This document shows positions 12,101-27,100 of a stretch of DNA of 64,000 bases, piece by piece. How positions within the stretch are numbered: the stretch's first letter is position 1; every line of letters starts with the position of its first letter. A model generated the notes under the pieces. That model saw only the letters and a list, made by a program, of their open reading frames with translations. It was not told the origin of the DNA and did no database searches. This stretch comes from Antedon mediterranea. Its lineage: Eukaryota; Animalia; Echinodermata. Location: NCBI RefSeq assembly GCF_964355755.1, contig NC_092672.1:10726001-10790000 (forward strand), given 5' to 3'. The translations under genes were made by a program, and so were the position numbers.

Positions 12101-15100
12101 CTTTTCACCTGGAACATGCTACAGTGAAAAATCACTGTCACTCCTTCCTCGTAAAACCATTATTTTATAATATATATAAAAGATTATTTTGTAACATTCA
12201 TTCTTCTTCACAGCTATTGGAACGAACTCATTATCATAAACATCATTGTAAATTTTGAAGAAGTTTAAAACAAGGGAGAGATAGAGATTGAGATATAGCT
12301 ATAGTAAAATCTTTGTGTTAATTACTGTAGATGAATGTACATGAATTTGAAATCAGAAATTAACCTAGTATGTCTGTGTCTACGTGTTGTGTCGTAATTA
12401 CAATATTGACTTGCAGATTTCAAGATTATAATATCATCATTTGAGCTTTAATATTAGATTTCAGCTTGTCATGCATTGCTTGAGATTGATGTTCATTATG
12501 CCAGACAGGTGGAAAATTAGAAAAATAATGAAAAAGTCTCCTAGACATGCAACCAATTCTAGACATTATTCATTTTATGGATTTACAACAGTTTTTTAGT
12601 TATTATCATTGTTCAAATTCCTTCACTATAAACTATATGCATATTGTATAATATTCATAATCAATTTTGGAGTTAAACATAATTATTTAATAGGTTAAAA
12701 CAACTGTGGAAAGGTCATGTCATGATCTTGTACATTAATACACATTTTGATTTAAAATTGAAATGTATTTATAATTTTGTAGATAATACTGTATTTTATT
12801 CATTAGTCAATATTACACCATATTTATATTAATACAGTACACAGTTAGCAAACTACAATATCATATGTATGCCCTCTTGGGCTCCAAAATTGTCCCATTG
12901 ATAAAGCTGGTGTTTATTATCGTAGTTTATTGATAAAGAGTTTGTAATTATTTATGCTTGAGCCCTTTGCATCGTAAGTAGCCTATATCATTCCGCAATG
13001 TCATGCTTGGTAGAGGGCTGTACACATATGAGAAGTCTACCAATACAAGAAAAATATACAGAAGGGCATATAGTCTGAAAGTGGAGGCAACAATTTTAGA
13101 AAAGCTAAATTTGTTCCCTCCAATTTTCAGTTGAGGAGAGTATCTGGTTATAAGCCACTAATATTTAATAATAATTTTCTATTTGTAATATTGTCTTTAA
13201 TAGTACATACCCACCATAATCTTTTAAAAATGTATACATCTGTGGACTGTGTCAATCATGGTATCTGTGATAGCGTTGTCTGCCCTTTTTCACAATGATG
13301 TTGACACCTTATTTTACTTGTTAAAACCATTTTAATCTTTTGATTCGTGTAAATCTTCATTTTGATGTGTTTTATTGTATAGTTTTTATATGTATCTCCT
13401 AAGGGAGGTGAATAAATTTGAATTTGAAGTGAATAACTTTTTCACTGTAATTTACCTTGAGAGCAGCTCTTGAACCTAATGGTATCCCATCATCATATTT
13501 GCCGGTCAATATTCCACTAGCCAAAGGTGACCATGTGATGGTTCCTAACCCTGCAAAATAAATAAATTTTACTTTTTTGACTATATATTACTGATGGTTA
13601 TTCAGACAACCAAAATTGGAGGTTTATTTTAATTGGAGAGGTCTTGATTGTAAAGACTTGAAATAACAATGTGTTATATTTAATATTAAACACCTGTTTG
13701 GTTTTTGTAATTTAATAATTGTAAACAAATTGTTCAACAAATCATAACAATAGTGATTTACACTGATGAAATAAATGGAAAAAGAAAATATGAATTGATA
13801 AAAACCTATTTTTCTGTTAATATCTGGCAAGTATTTTTCCACTTTGTCTCTGTTGAAAAAATGATACTCTGCTTGTTCTAAAGTGGGTGGAATTAAGTTA
13901 AACTGCCTGGCAACTGAGTAAGCCTCCATCACTTCCATGTTACTCCATCGTGATGATCCCCAATACATAGCCATTCCATTATTTATACAATAAGTGAATG
14001 CTCTAACTATTTCTATCGAAGAAAAAGAAATAAAAAAACTGCAAAACTCGAAGACCAGTAAGGTCTGCTTCATAATTTTAGGTTAAAGACAGCCATAGAC
14101 AATCCATGGACAATCTAACAACAGGATGCTAAGCTCCGGAGATCAAAGGGTTTATCTGTGGCTGCGACAATTTTAGTTCCACATCCCTTTGTAGACACTG
14201 CATGCCGTAGAATATGTACTGTACACAGTAAAGTACTGTTGGTAATTGTAGAAGCCAGACATAGGATTAAAGAACTGTTGAGAGTTCCTATCTTGGCAAG
14301 GCGAGCTCAGTGTCCTGTTGTTAGATTGGCTTGATAGAACTGATTATGTCTCTAGTACATCATTCTTATGATAATTACGCTAATGTGTATATTTCGAGTA
14401 GGTTACGTATGTCAACGATCAGTATAACTTTCCGGCATGCGTATGTAGAACTTTTGAGTCATACAATGACATACATCAAATAATTTAGTACATGCACAAC
14501 ATTCACCATACTACAATGTATACCATTGTGTTTCAGCATTTTCTGAACTTACACAAAGCACACCCGTAACTTATTTGACGTGTCAACATTGGCATACAGT
14601 ATGTTGTAAGACCTGCTTCCATAAATTCCAGGTTCATCTCAGCTAGCAGTGTAAAAGGGTATTTAGATAATATTCTACAATAAACCATGCTATGCAAGTA
14701 TACCAGCATACTGTATATAAATACTATTTATATTGTTTCAAATTATAATTACCATCTGTATTAAATGTAATTCATATAACATTATCAAAACATTTTGTTG
14801 CCGTAGAAACTTAGATTTAGATTTGACATACAATAGAGAGGTCAAATTATGTTTATGATATTCATATAAATACTATTTTAAATATAACAATATGATTATC
14901 TGTATACACCAGAAAATCAATATATTTTATGCATTCATCCTTTGGCAATGTATGTGTATCTGGGCTAAAGAGACATAAACTGTTTATCAATATGATTGTT
15001 CGATTAACAATTTGCTTTGCAGACAAATTAGTTTCTTTTTGTTATCCTTTTTTGATTAAAAAAACTATAAGGCTTATAGTTTAATATACTTTTAGTATTC

Positions 15101-18100
15101 TTAAGCCAGGTAATTTATGATAAAGTGCTCAAGGCACTGGTGCGGAGCAAAGTATAAATAAATAAAGATGCTAGTTACAACATCAACATTTTATTACACA
15201 GACTGCCTGTTTCATGAATAGATAAAAATATCTCCCCAATCAAGTGCTAGACTATATTACTGTATAGAGTTGTCACTATAGGCATAAGATACTGTATCTG
15301 ACCAATTAGCACCAGGCTCTGCAAATTTGGAGTGAGCCAACCAAGTCTGAATGTGTGGCATGAGATATTCCTGGGTGTCGGATTGAAAGAGGGCGCAGTA
15401 ATTGCGTAAAGGGAAAAATGTGGAAGTGGTTATAAGAAATGAATTAATATAGATGTTTTACGAAGCAAGATTAGAATTTTACAGAAATAAGTAAATGTGA
15501 TACCACCACGTAAACATATCACTTCATAGTTTGGCTTCTTTGTCAATAGTTAATATATGTAAAGTGACTTGACGCATTCAAGTGTTAGAAGACGTTTAAG
15601 AAATCATGCATACGTGCAAAAAGCACTCAAATGGAACTAATGAATAAAGGAGCAATGACAAAGAATACAAAGGTAAATGGCAGAAATTTTAAGAATAAAT
15701 AATTTGATGGAATTTAAATACCATTAAAATTATGTTTTAAGCTCTATCTATCAACACTATCAAACTAGCTTGACAAAAAAGTGTGATGTGCCCAAATATG
15801 GTAGTGCTATGCCCAAATATGGTAGAAATATGAGATCATCATGTCCATATATGACCACATCAAATATTGTTGTCACATAAAGTTTGATAGTGTAGACAGA
15901 GATTAAAGCTATACTTCATGTTTGTCCTTTCAAACTGGATTCAATTTTGTTTCAAAATGAATGTAATATAATTCCTTGTCTAGACTATAGACTGTCCAAA
16001 CTAGTTTGACAAAAAAAAGTGTGATGTGTTCAAATATGGTGATGATATGACATCATCATGTCCATTTAAATGGGCACATCACATTTTTTTTTCTAGACTA
16101 TAGACTGTCCAAACTAGTTTGACAAAAAAAGTGTGATGTGCTCAAATATGGTGATGATATGATATCATCATGTCCATTTAAATGGGCACATCACATTTTC
16201 TTCTTTTTTTTATAAAGTTTGGTAAAAATGTATACAGAGCTTAATAAACAGTTTTGAATACAGAAGTCAATGTTTTAATATTTTCCATTATTTCTAGATT
16301 CTTCTGGTATTTAAGGGACCACCATGTCAAATTAATCTACTTTAGTTACTGCAGTAATTTTTTAACCTCTTCTTGTATTTATTTAGCAAGCTTTTTTTAA
16401 TAATCATTTATGCACTGTTTATTGCAGTAAAAAAATATAGTTACTGCAGTAACTTTGGTAGAAGGATTTTGACATGTTCCCTAAATGTTATATGCACAAG
16501 TTATTTTAGCTGTTTCCTTTCCATATATGCTACATGCTTGAAAAAATTATAAAAAACCTTAAGATATGGTGAGCCAAGGCAATCGAACAATAGAGCACTG
16601 AGCTCGCCTTTCCAAGATAGGAACTCATAACAGTCCTTTGATCTTATGTCTGGCTGCGACAAATGCCAACAGTACTGTACTGTGTACATATTATCAGCAG
16701 CGCACGCACGGTGACTGTGTTATGGGGCGTGGAACAGATCTTGTTGCAGCCACAGATAAACCCTTTGATCTCTGGAGCTCAGCATCCTGATGTTAGATTG
16801 CCTTGGGTGAACATAGATTGAATAAAACAGTGACTAAATTAAATATGTATGTTTACTATAAACAGCTAGAAAAAAATAATAATGGAACAATGACTTGACT
16901 TCACGTTTTCCTTTTTCTTCAGTAAATATTTGAAAAAAAAATAATCATATGTAGTGATTTAAAATGTTCAAATAAAAACAGGTCTTTGAAGTCTGGCATT
17001 TTTTAAAAATATTATATCACATATTTCTAACAAGATGATTTATCAACCGATTAATATTTGTGGTTGTTAGCTGAGTTTGTACAGCACACTTTGTGCATAA
17101 TCATATTTTCACCTATATTGTGAATAAATTAAGGTTCGCATAAATTATAAAGTATCTTTCTATGTTTACCTTCCATTGGCGTGTTTTGATCTGGACGATT
17201 TGCAAGAACCACATCTACGTAACTAAGCTGCAAGCGCTGCAGTGAGGCTGTTAGTCCTTCAATGATATGTTTTCTAGAGAGTCCTCTTTCTGTTTCTGAC
17301 CTGTTGAATATATCACATTTTAAATTATAAAATTACAACTCTTTAAAAGTGGTATTGATTCAAAGTTTTAAGATATATTGTTCCCCTGAAAAAAATATCT
17401 TTTTTAAATGATTTTGTTTAATATGCCATTTTAATGTCAATTAATCATAATTCACTTTAACAAATTTAAAGGAAAAAAGTAGTCAATTGGCTGCCAGCCA
17501 ATGGGTTTTTGGTTGAATTTAAACGTTATTTTTTCATTGTATTATAAAAACATACTTTTTTTTCTATGAAAGTGATTAACTTGATTAAAAATGGCCTATT
17601 CAAAGTCTGATTTTATTCATTCTCCATGTTTTTTTATACCTGTAGATCTTTAAGAGTAAAACATGATGTCCTACAATATCACAAGTATATATGTATGATT
17701 AAAATTCATGAATGAAAAATTATTTTAATTCCAATTCCCCTTGTGAATTGATTGTATAATTGAGAGAAAAAAAATCATTAATTGGTCAAATAATAAAAAT
17801 TCAGAAAACTTACTTTCCACCCCAAAATATTTTGGTTGTGACGACATAACTTGACCTTCGCCAATTTTTCTGCTTTAGAATTTTACCTAATACAATTTCT
17901 GCTCTGTAAAAAAAAGTGAAAAACATCTTTAGAAATTAAGATAAAAACATACTTATATTCAAATCATATAAAAAACAAATCTATAATATTCTTTTATGTA
18001 TGTAGCTATTGCTACTATGTGGTTGATATTTCAATTTATTCCAGACAACATAAAAATTAAAGTGTTGAATTATTGAATCCTATACTTGTGTATGTATAAT

Positions 18101-21100
18101 AATAATAATTTATTTGTATAAAACACTTTGTTATCAGTGGCACTCAACCATGTTGACAGTAAATAATATTTACAAAAAAATTACAAACAAATCTAAAGTA
18201 ACAGTTAATCACCATTACCAAAATTCTACTGTTTACTTTCATATGACACTTTATAAAAAAGGGAACCCCTAAACCTCTAGCTAAGGGCGTGAAGAATGTC
18301 CAGACAACTCCCCTTTGTCATTGATGCATCCAAGATGAATTTGCAATGCACAATCCTTTGTTTTTAAATCGATTCAGTAGGTCATCAATCAATTGGGGGA
18401 TGTCTTTTGCAACACTGTCAACGTACTTCACTGGTCTTCTTTCACTAGAAAGACAGTAGCCTCAAACAGATGTCGGAGATGACCAGTCCTGATCTTTTGA
18501 TCTATGCTGGGCGACTATCAATAATAATAAAATAATAATATTTTTGTATATTTCTATATTGCGACATTCCAACGATCATTGTTCATGGCGCTGTGGCTTA
18601 GATGTTGCGCTTTTCAATTACATGCTTTTTCCCTACGGGTCACAGTGCTGCCAATTGTAGCGCACCTTCGCTTGTCCACGGAAGTGGATGATCGTCTCGA
18701 AAGATGTACTAGGTTCTTTAAAGTCCACACAAGCATTTATGTACTGTACACTGGACCTACGGTTTATAATCATTATCCGAGAAGACAGAACCATCAAGCG
18801 AGTGAGCCTCAAACCTTGCTGATGTTTATGGCTATAGAATTAAGGTTCCACTCACTCACGTTCAACTAGTCTCACAGGAGCATGCTTCACTCAATAAACC
18901 CCATCTCATTTTAAATTGATTATGGTACCGTAATATTATAAATCTTTAAATATTGAACGAAATCAGATCGTCCTTGGCAATTAATAGACTAATTGGTGCA
19001 AAAATGCATGATAAATCGACAACACTTGGTAGAAACCTTGCTTTTAATCCACCTATTAAGGATCTTTCACACCTGTTTCGTCATGGTTCTGGTCCGGCGC
19101 CACCAAATCAACCGGAACGTCAATGTTTATGTTTTCCCGTGGCTCCATCACGGTTCCGGTCCGGCGCCATCAAACCAAAAGGAACGTCAATGTTTTGTTT
19201 TCACATGGCTACTCGCATATTGGTTGGTGCATAGTCGCGTGAAGCATCGTTAGATTTGATTTGCCGGAACTGTCAAAGACCATTTAAGGGGACACCTTCC
19301 CATGAAATGAATGAGGGACAATACATGGACTTGGGTAACCAAATTTAGACTTTTGGTTATCCTGCGGGCAATGTTATTTATTTTATTCTGCAATAAAAAC
19401 TGAAATTATTATATTTATTTTTATTTAATTTTAATTATCAGTGCTTTTTATAATAAAGAAGTTATTCTGGTCTTTAAATTGGGAAAATTTGGATTAGGCT
19501 CTAACACGGACTCACGGCAGCCAGCAGTACAGTGCCTACCATATACACACACCGGGAAACATAGTGTACCAAGTTCTTTAACATGCACTAATTTAATTAA
19601 TTTTGTGACAAAACACAATTCAAAAAGTTACAGGCTTAAATTATGGGCTACTGTATATTGATGACAATTATGATCATTGGAAATTACTTTCTCTCTTTTT
19701 AAAATTTTAAATGTATTATCTCGATTTAATAGAGAGACTACTGTATGTTTTCAATTATTATAAAATCTATAAACTTAGTGAGAAGGCAGGAAATGTAGAA
19801 AAACGAAGAGCTCTTGTAATGTGTAATACATTCCATTGGGCTTAGGTTAGCAAGATTAGTGACTAGAATTTTCACAACACCTAGTTAAAGGTATTGATCG
19901 AACTTGCAAGTGAATGAATTATTGAGATAAAGAGATGAACCTCGAAAGATAGGTGGATGCGAGATAATTAGGTTATGAATTATTGAAATGAAAAATCGTT
20001 TCAACCGTAAAAGATGAAAACAAACATTTGAATCACGTTCCTCTGATTCCTTCATGTTTAATATTAAATGTGGATTTTATTGTCATTCCAGTAGATCAAA
20101 GGAGTAGAGGAATGATATTTTTGATGCATGTATTTAAGAAAATGCAATAAATAACTCAAGCGTTAATGTGTCTATCGTGGCTCAGTCCTTTGAAATGTTT
20201 TTGAAAATAAAAAAAAAATCTAAAAAATATGTATATTCATGTGGTTCATTTGCATAAATACACAATCATTAATTTTAAAATTAAGAAGCATACTTTCCAC
20301 CAGCGTACACTTCAGCAGTATCAAAAAGATTAATCCCAGACTCATAAGCTAACGTGACCATTTCTTCAGCAACCTGCAATAAAACAAAACATTATATCAA
20401 TGCAGAGATTTGAAAGAAGTGCAAATAATTATATTAACAATACGGTGATACAGTCCTGTAGCCATCTCATGGAACATACAAGATGTGACAAGATAAGATA
20501 TTTGAGAAAATAATTTTGTTAAAAATGATCCCACGCACTTTACAATAATATTATATTGTACTTTTTATTTTAAATGAGCTAAACTTGAAACCTCCACCTT
20601 TAAACAACTTAAAACTTAGTTTTTATTAGCACGATAAATTGTAAAATAGCTTATCCATCCTGTAATTGGCTAATTACTCGCTGTTTAATGCATATGAAAT
20701 AACAAATTTAGAAGGACATTAGCATTAACAAAATCTGTGATAGTGAAAAATTATTCTAGAAATAAATGCATATTGTAATCGACTAAAAAATTTAAATGCA
20801 GATTATTTTTACATAAGTAATATTTGATTTTTAATATAAAGTTTATAATATTCATTTACATATCTATATCCGTTTCCTCACCCTAGAGTAAAAACCTGAA
20901 CTTCCGAAATGCTTTATCTGCTTTTATTTTAACTTATGAATTGAAAATATAATTAATTGTTATTTTAAGATCATAAGATTTATAGTTTTGATTCTTTGTA
21001 TACTACTATATATGGAGGATTGCAATTTCCCTTTATACTGGCCTGATCCAAACAACATTCTAAGCAAGGCCTTAAAGATCTTACGCCTCACAAACCACAA

Positions 21101-24100
21101 ATTCCTTGACATTACAATTTAATGACGCCTAAGAGTAGGAAAATAGTAGAATTCAAAAATTCAAATCCATCTGGGAGAGGCAGAATTATGTATTATGCAT
21201 ACTGTAATTATCCACAGGAGTCAAACTGTAAAAGGTAATTATACGAAATGAGGGTATAAGTACAGAGTTAAAGAACACGGACCATTTGAGATTGTTGATT
21301 ATATATATTTAAATTTTAATAAGGAAAGATTGCGAAACGTCTCATTATGATTCTGCTATTAAGGTATGGACGGTTTAATAAGGTTGAGCTGAGTCAGGTT
21401 GGGTTCACAGAGGGTTGTGAAAATAAAGAGGGGCCTTCTTTGTAAAGAGGAAGAAAGGAGAAACTGGTGAAGCAGAACACAAAGTAATAATGAGAAAAAC
21501 GTGTCATAAAAATATGCTGTTACATCTCAATTCGAAATTAATCTTGATGTAATTGCTGACTAATTGCTCATCAGAATACATGATGATAATCTTATTGATG
21601 AAGTGGTGTTGACAATAATGCTAATGATCATAGTTAGAAGGAATTTTGGGATATGGGTTATTTGAACAAGCACCGGGGAGGGGTCGGGGGGTGGTTGTAA
21701 TACTGTACTCTGTAGTATTACAACAACAAAAATCACTCAATAGTTTAAAAAGCTTCAAATTATATCGGTATACTATTGTTTTCTATTACAATTTTGTAAA
21801 ATCAGAAAAAAATATAATAAATTCATCATTAAAGTTCTTCACTGTCTGTTTGTGTTATGCATGTTTCCAATTTTCTGATTCATTGAATGCAACATCAAAT
21901 TATTTCATTCACATAGAAATTCAAGAGAGGAAGTGTAACATACACCAAATGCAATGAAACATTAATAGCTTATTTTAGAAATTTGAGAATATAATGTAGT
22001 AATAAAAATAATAATGCTGTTTCAATTTCATTGCATGAATGGATTCTAAAATGGATCTTAACAAGATATTCAGATCAAGGCTCTTGGATCGGAGTACATA
22101 GACAGTTATGGTCAGGAAAAAGTAGTCTAGGTTCTTAGTAAGAAAATTAATATTTTGGCACATATGGCGTTTCATACATATAATACTTGTGATCCTTTTC
22201 CAGACAAAAATCGAAAGGCCAACTGGTATATTAACTTAAAGAAAGGACAATAAATAAAGAGTTGGGGCAATAAGTCTAAGAAAAAAGGTGTGGGGTGATT
22301 AACTCATAATGAGATAATTATAGTGTAAGAATTAATAATGTAAACATTTGGTAAAAATAAACAAAACCTTTATGCTACATGTGTATGTGTGTATTCATTC
22401 ATTCAGTTACATAAAGTTTAGGCTTAATACCAGAAAGTTTTCCTTCAGTTGTAGAGTTGTGAACTCTGGAATAGCCTACCATATGTTAGTAAAAGCACAA
22501 GCTTAAATCAATTAAAGTCAATGCTTAATGATCATTGGACAATTCTCTTTATACAAGTTTACTTTTTCACACTTACTTATAAGAACATCCACCCAAACTC
22601 AAATATTATCATTAGGTATCTTTTTAATATAACAATCGTTAGAGAAGTACAATAATTTCCAAAAAAACTATTAAGTTATTACCTGGTCTGTCACCTGGCC
22701 ACCAAAAGTCACCCAAGTACCTGAAAAAAAAAAACATACTAGAAAAATCATTTTAAGTATGTATACATCATAGAATAATTGTTAGTGTAGCATAGCAAAA
22801 AGCTATACAAAACGACCTTATTGCTACACATTCTAAAATTGTGTAGCAAAAAACACAATACAAAAATATATTTCTGGACTCAAAAATCTGATTAGCAATG
22901 TTGTAAACAAAATGTTAAAATAAAATTTAAATAAATTAACACATTCAGTTTAATTTTATCTCATTAATTATCTCATGAAACCCGATGCTAAAATGTCTGT
23001 GAGGCATCGTACAGGTGAGCAGGTATTCACCGAGACCATAATAATAAAATATCAATTCCCTGTCTTCAATTCAACTTGATATATTATCTCAATCAAGATG
23101 GGATCCCCATGGGTGGATGTACTTGATATGCGGTTATCACTCACTTGGGTCCTACATAAATGAAATGGCTTCGGTTTATTAAATAACACAATGTACTTTA
23201 CTACATTATGCAACATATTTCATTAATGTATTTCTAGTTTCATTGTTTTCAAGAATGTGTGGATGGTAAAAAGTGATAAATATATTTTAAATATTTGTGA
23301 GTTTCTACATTAAGATGTGTTTACTAATAAAAAAGACTAAATCAACAAATAATTATATAATGAAACAATTTGCAACTTATTTGTTAATAAAAATTTGTAT
23401 TGGTTTAGAATGATATAATATAATATTGAAAAACACTCAACAGATGTCTAAACTTATGATAACAAGGATGGAACTATAAATACTGTATTGACTTATAAAT
23501 GGTAAATAAATGGAGTGTGTAAACTTCCAATCTCATAATGCTAAGAAAATTCTAGAAGCACCAATTTGAGACAGAGATTTCGACACTTTCTGTGTTGGAA
23601 AATAAGTAACATAGGAAACTCCTAAAGAATTGAGAAAAAAAAAGAGTAAGCGGAAGAGGGAGATTTAACATATCCCACTACCGCACATATACCATATATT
23701 AGGTTAATGTTTGCCGAACATTTTGGAAAAACTGATTATTTCTACCAGTACAAGAGTTATAGTAATCAACATATAATCCTTTTTTCACAAGGATAACGAT
23801 CGACGATAAATAGAAAAAGTACAACTCATGGCAAAAGGAGGCCTGGACGTCCTCGAACATCTTATTCTGCCTATGTTCAACATGTTGTAGTGTACACTAT
23901 GATGAAGGCATGATACAAGCTGAACAAATAGCCTCACTTGCCCAAGATCGAAGTGCTTGGAAAAGTCTTGTAATTGACTGTTCCACAGCATCATGATGTC
24001 ATTGTGATTGGACGTGTGAAAATATTATTTTCATCAAAGGAAGCATAGACGGTTATCCTATAGTTCTAGATTTCTTTTTGTTTTATGTTTGAAAAATGCA

Positions 24101-27100
24101 TATTTTTTATGTATTTATCGTCAATCGTCCTAGTGTAAATGGGCCTTATAGAGTCTTCAGTGATATTCTGTTTCTACAATTAAGATGTCAATTGTGATAA
24201 CTCATCTAATACAAATTCTAGATTCAGGATATTGAGAGATCTTTATCTTCTTTACCTAATACGTAATTTGCATATTGCTTGCAGAAAGATGCAGTTACCA
24301 TAGTGATACTAAGTTCACATCACGTATGACGTCATTGTACGATGATTATTATTAACGCCACAAACTACCGTAAAAGGGAGGAGCATTTCTTATGGATTCA
24401 TAAAGGTGTTAAATCCTATTTATACAGTAGGATTAGCCTTTACAAGGTGTTAATTATAATTTCTCACTATTCTACAGGATTATAGTAATAAAACTATATT
24501 CAGAAATACTTATACATTTCTCTGATGCTACTATACACAGTAAAATTATACAGTATTCTATAACAGCAGCATTAGACACTCAAGCCCTACAGCATAGGTA
24601 TGGCTTTTGGGTTCAGAAAGTTGTTTGTGGTATTAAGGCACACTCTAGCTTTCCTACCAAACACACTTTTTATGCCGTCTATTCTTTCCTCTTGAATGAA
24701 TGTATGTATATACTTTTACAATATGCTTCATAACTTGTTGTATATTGTCTTTTTATTTTATTTAAGCATCAAATTGATCAAGACAATATATCTTCCATTC
24801 TAATTTATACTGTAGCTGAAAGTTAGGTGCAATAAATACTTTTTTGTTACTTTTAAATAGACAAAACAAGTGAAAAAGTTTAAAATGGTTCTCAGTACAG
24901 GTAACAATGCACAGTTAAGGACGATTTCATTTAAACAGGCCAGTAAGTAATTTTCACTGATGAATAATGTACCACATTCCCTTTGTGGATCAACAGGTGT
25001 CTCTCTTAAATGCCAAAAAATCATATATTCAAGTTGATTTAAAAAAGTGAGCCTAAATTCTAATTGATTTCTGAACTAAAAAAAATGCATTGACAGTGTC
25101 TGGTAGTCCTATAAGTAATAATATAAAAAAGTCACACAAACTAATCAACTCAATGATCACTGTTATGTGTACAAGAAAAAAAAATGACACTCCAATTTGT
25201 TTCCTAAATGGAAGAAATTCAAGCATTTATTTTCTTAGCAGCAGAAAAAAGACTCAATCATGAAAATATAAGTAAAAAATGTTAATTATTTTATTATTGT
25301 AGACTGATGTTGCAGCAGGTGTACATTTCTGAACAGATTGCATACACTGTTTAGGATTAACATAAATTATGTTAATATTTTTTCCAGAAATAAAAAAGGC
25401 AATACATAAAACAGTGCTTACACTTTCGGAGTTTAATATGTCACATGCACATCAGTTAAGTTTGTTTTACTCAAGAATGAAATAACAGTCCCTCTTTAGC
25501 AGTTTGGAAAAAATGACAGATAACACACACAAAACTAGCTCTTATTAACTCCATGTTCTTCTTAGATTTTGCTGGTTAAAGAAATCATTATATTCTACTG
25601 AATGCAATGAGAAATAACGGAACAAAAATGCTTTTAAATGAGTGTTTCACGAAAAAAGAAGGGAGAATCAACTTTATCACTGTGTATCACCAGTTTTACA
25701 GAGGCCTCATGATAACTCGGTGGCTTGAATAGAGATTGTTCTATTTTCTTGTGAAAACCGCACCACTTTATTTCTTGTGACTTATATTGTACATCACTGT
25801 ATCAACTTTGCTTATTAAAAAGCATATAAAATTGTTCAATAAATAAATAAATGTATTATGCAACGGTAAATTATAATGTGCACAGCAATTCATGAATAAC
25901 CATTTTGCACATGAATACACAATCTCAAATGTCTAGAATTTTACAAGCCAGACAAAAACATACCTGAGATCTGTGTGAAATAATTAGAAAAAGTGAAATC
26001 ACTGAATCCATTGGGATTATTCAGTGAGGAACCTAGGCCTACTTGGGTTGTGTCAACAGCCACCATTAGATGCCTCAGACACAGCTCTGAAGTCCCCTTA
26101 ATATTATATGAGCTACGTGAATATTTAGTCTAGCAATGAAAGATATTAATGAAATTCTAGCATAGCGGATTCTTCCAACAGATTAAAAACTAAGCTTACA
26201 CATCCGTCACTCTGTCAGAGAGCATGGAGAAATAAATTGTGAGTTATGAGCTTTTGCTGACTCTCGGTTTACTTGATTTGTTTCTGTATAATGAGAAAAT
26301 AATTAAATGTTTTGTTGGATTTCATAGTTGATACCAAATGTACAGTAGTTATAGAGCTGGGTAACTCGTCATAAATCCCGCATTACATTCTCTCTAAAAT
26401 ATTTTGCTTCTTCCTTCTAGACAGTAACTTAATTTGCTGTTTAGCTCCTAGAGTAAAACTGTTTAACAGTCTAATACTTAGAACACCACGTGTAGCACAT
26501 GGCAGACATTAGGGACTTTATGAAACAGAACGGAAAGCCACAGGACGGTACTCATGAATAATTTATGCATGAGTTTTAACAAAGTGGGCAAAGCTTAGCG
26601 TGAAATTGAACTTCTAATTTAATTGTTTAAGGAAATAACATTTTCATTAGGTTGAAATGGCTGTGTTAAAACATCTTTACGCCATGGTTAAAAGGAATAC
26701 ATTTTGCTCGGCGTTTGAATGCAAGGCCCTACCTAGGAAGACTAGGCCTTGCTGTATCACCAGAGCCAAGCGATTCAGAAGGGCCCCGCGCCGCGAGACA
26801 GGGGATTTGAGGGAGAGAGATATTGCCGGTCATCATCTTTGCCCAAGGGTGCGTAACTTATAAAACGGCTATGTCGACTGTATATGATTTTACGCTCTAG
26901 CGAACACAGGATGTCCGTCGCTGTTAATACTCTAGAGTGGAATATTTTTAGTTAGTTACTTTTAGGAGTGGTTGATTATTAAGGGGCAGTATGCTAATTG
27001 GATTATTAATGTGAATAGTGCCTAGGGTAGGTGTGTGTGGTATACAGTGTTGTGCAACGTGTTTAGTAAGACTCATTTATAAAGTCTTTCAGATGTATCA

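Noticed and set aside
23785-23994. Minus-strand ORF MMLWNSQ... with a CAA|GTGAGG donor as a third Kv-beta first exon
   Set aside because: Phase 0 does not fit the next exon (phase 1), and skipping it would delete the essential GLGTW strand.
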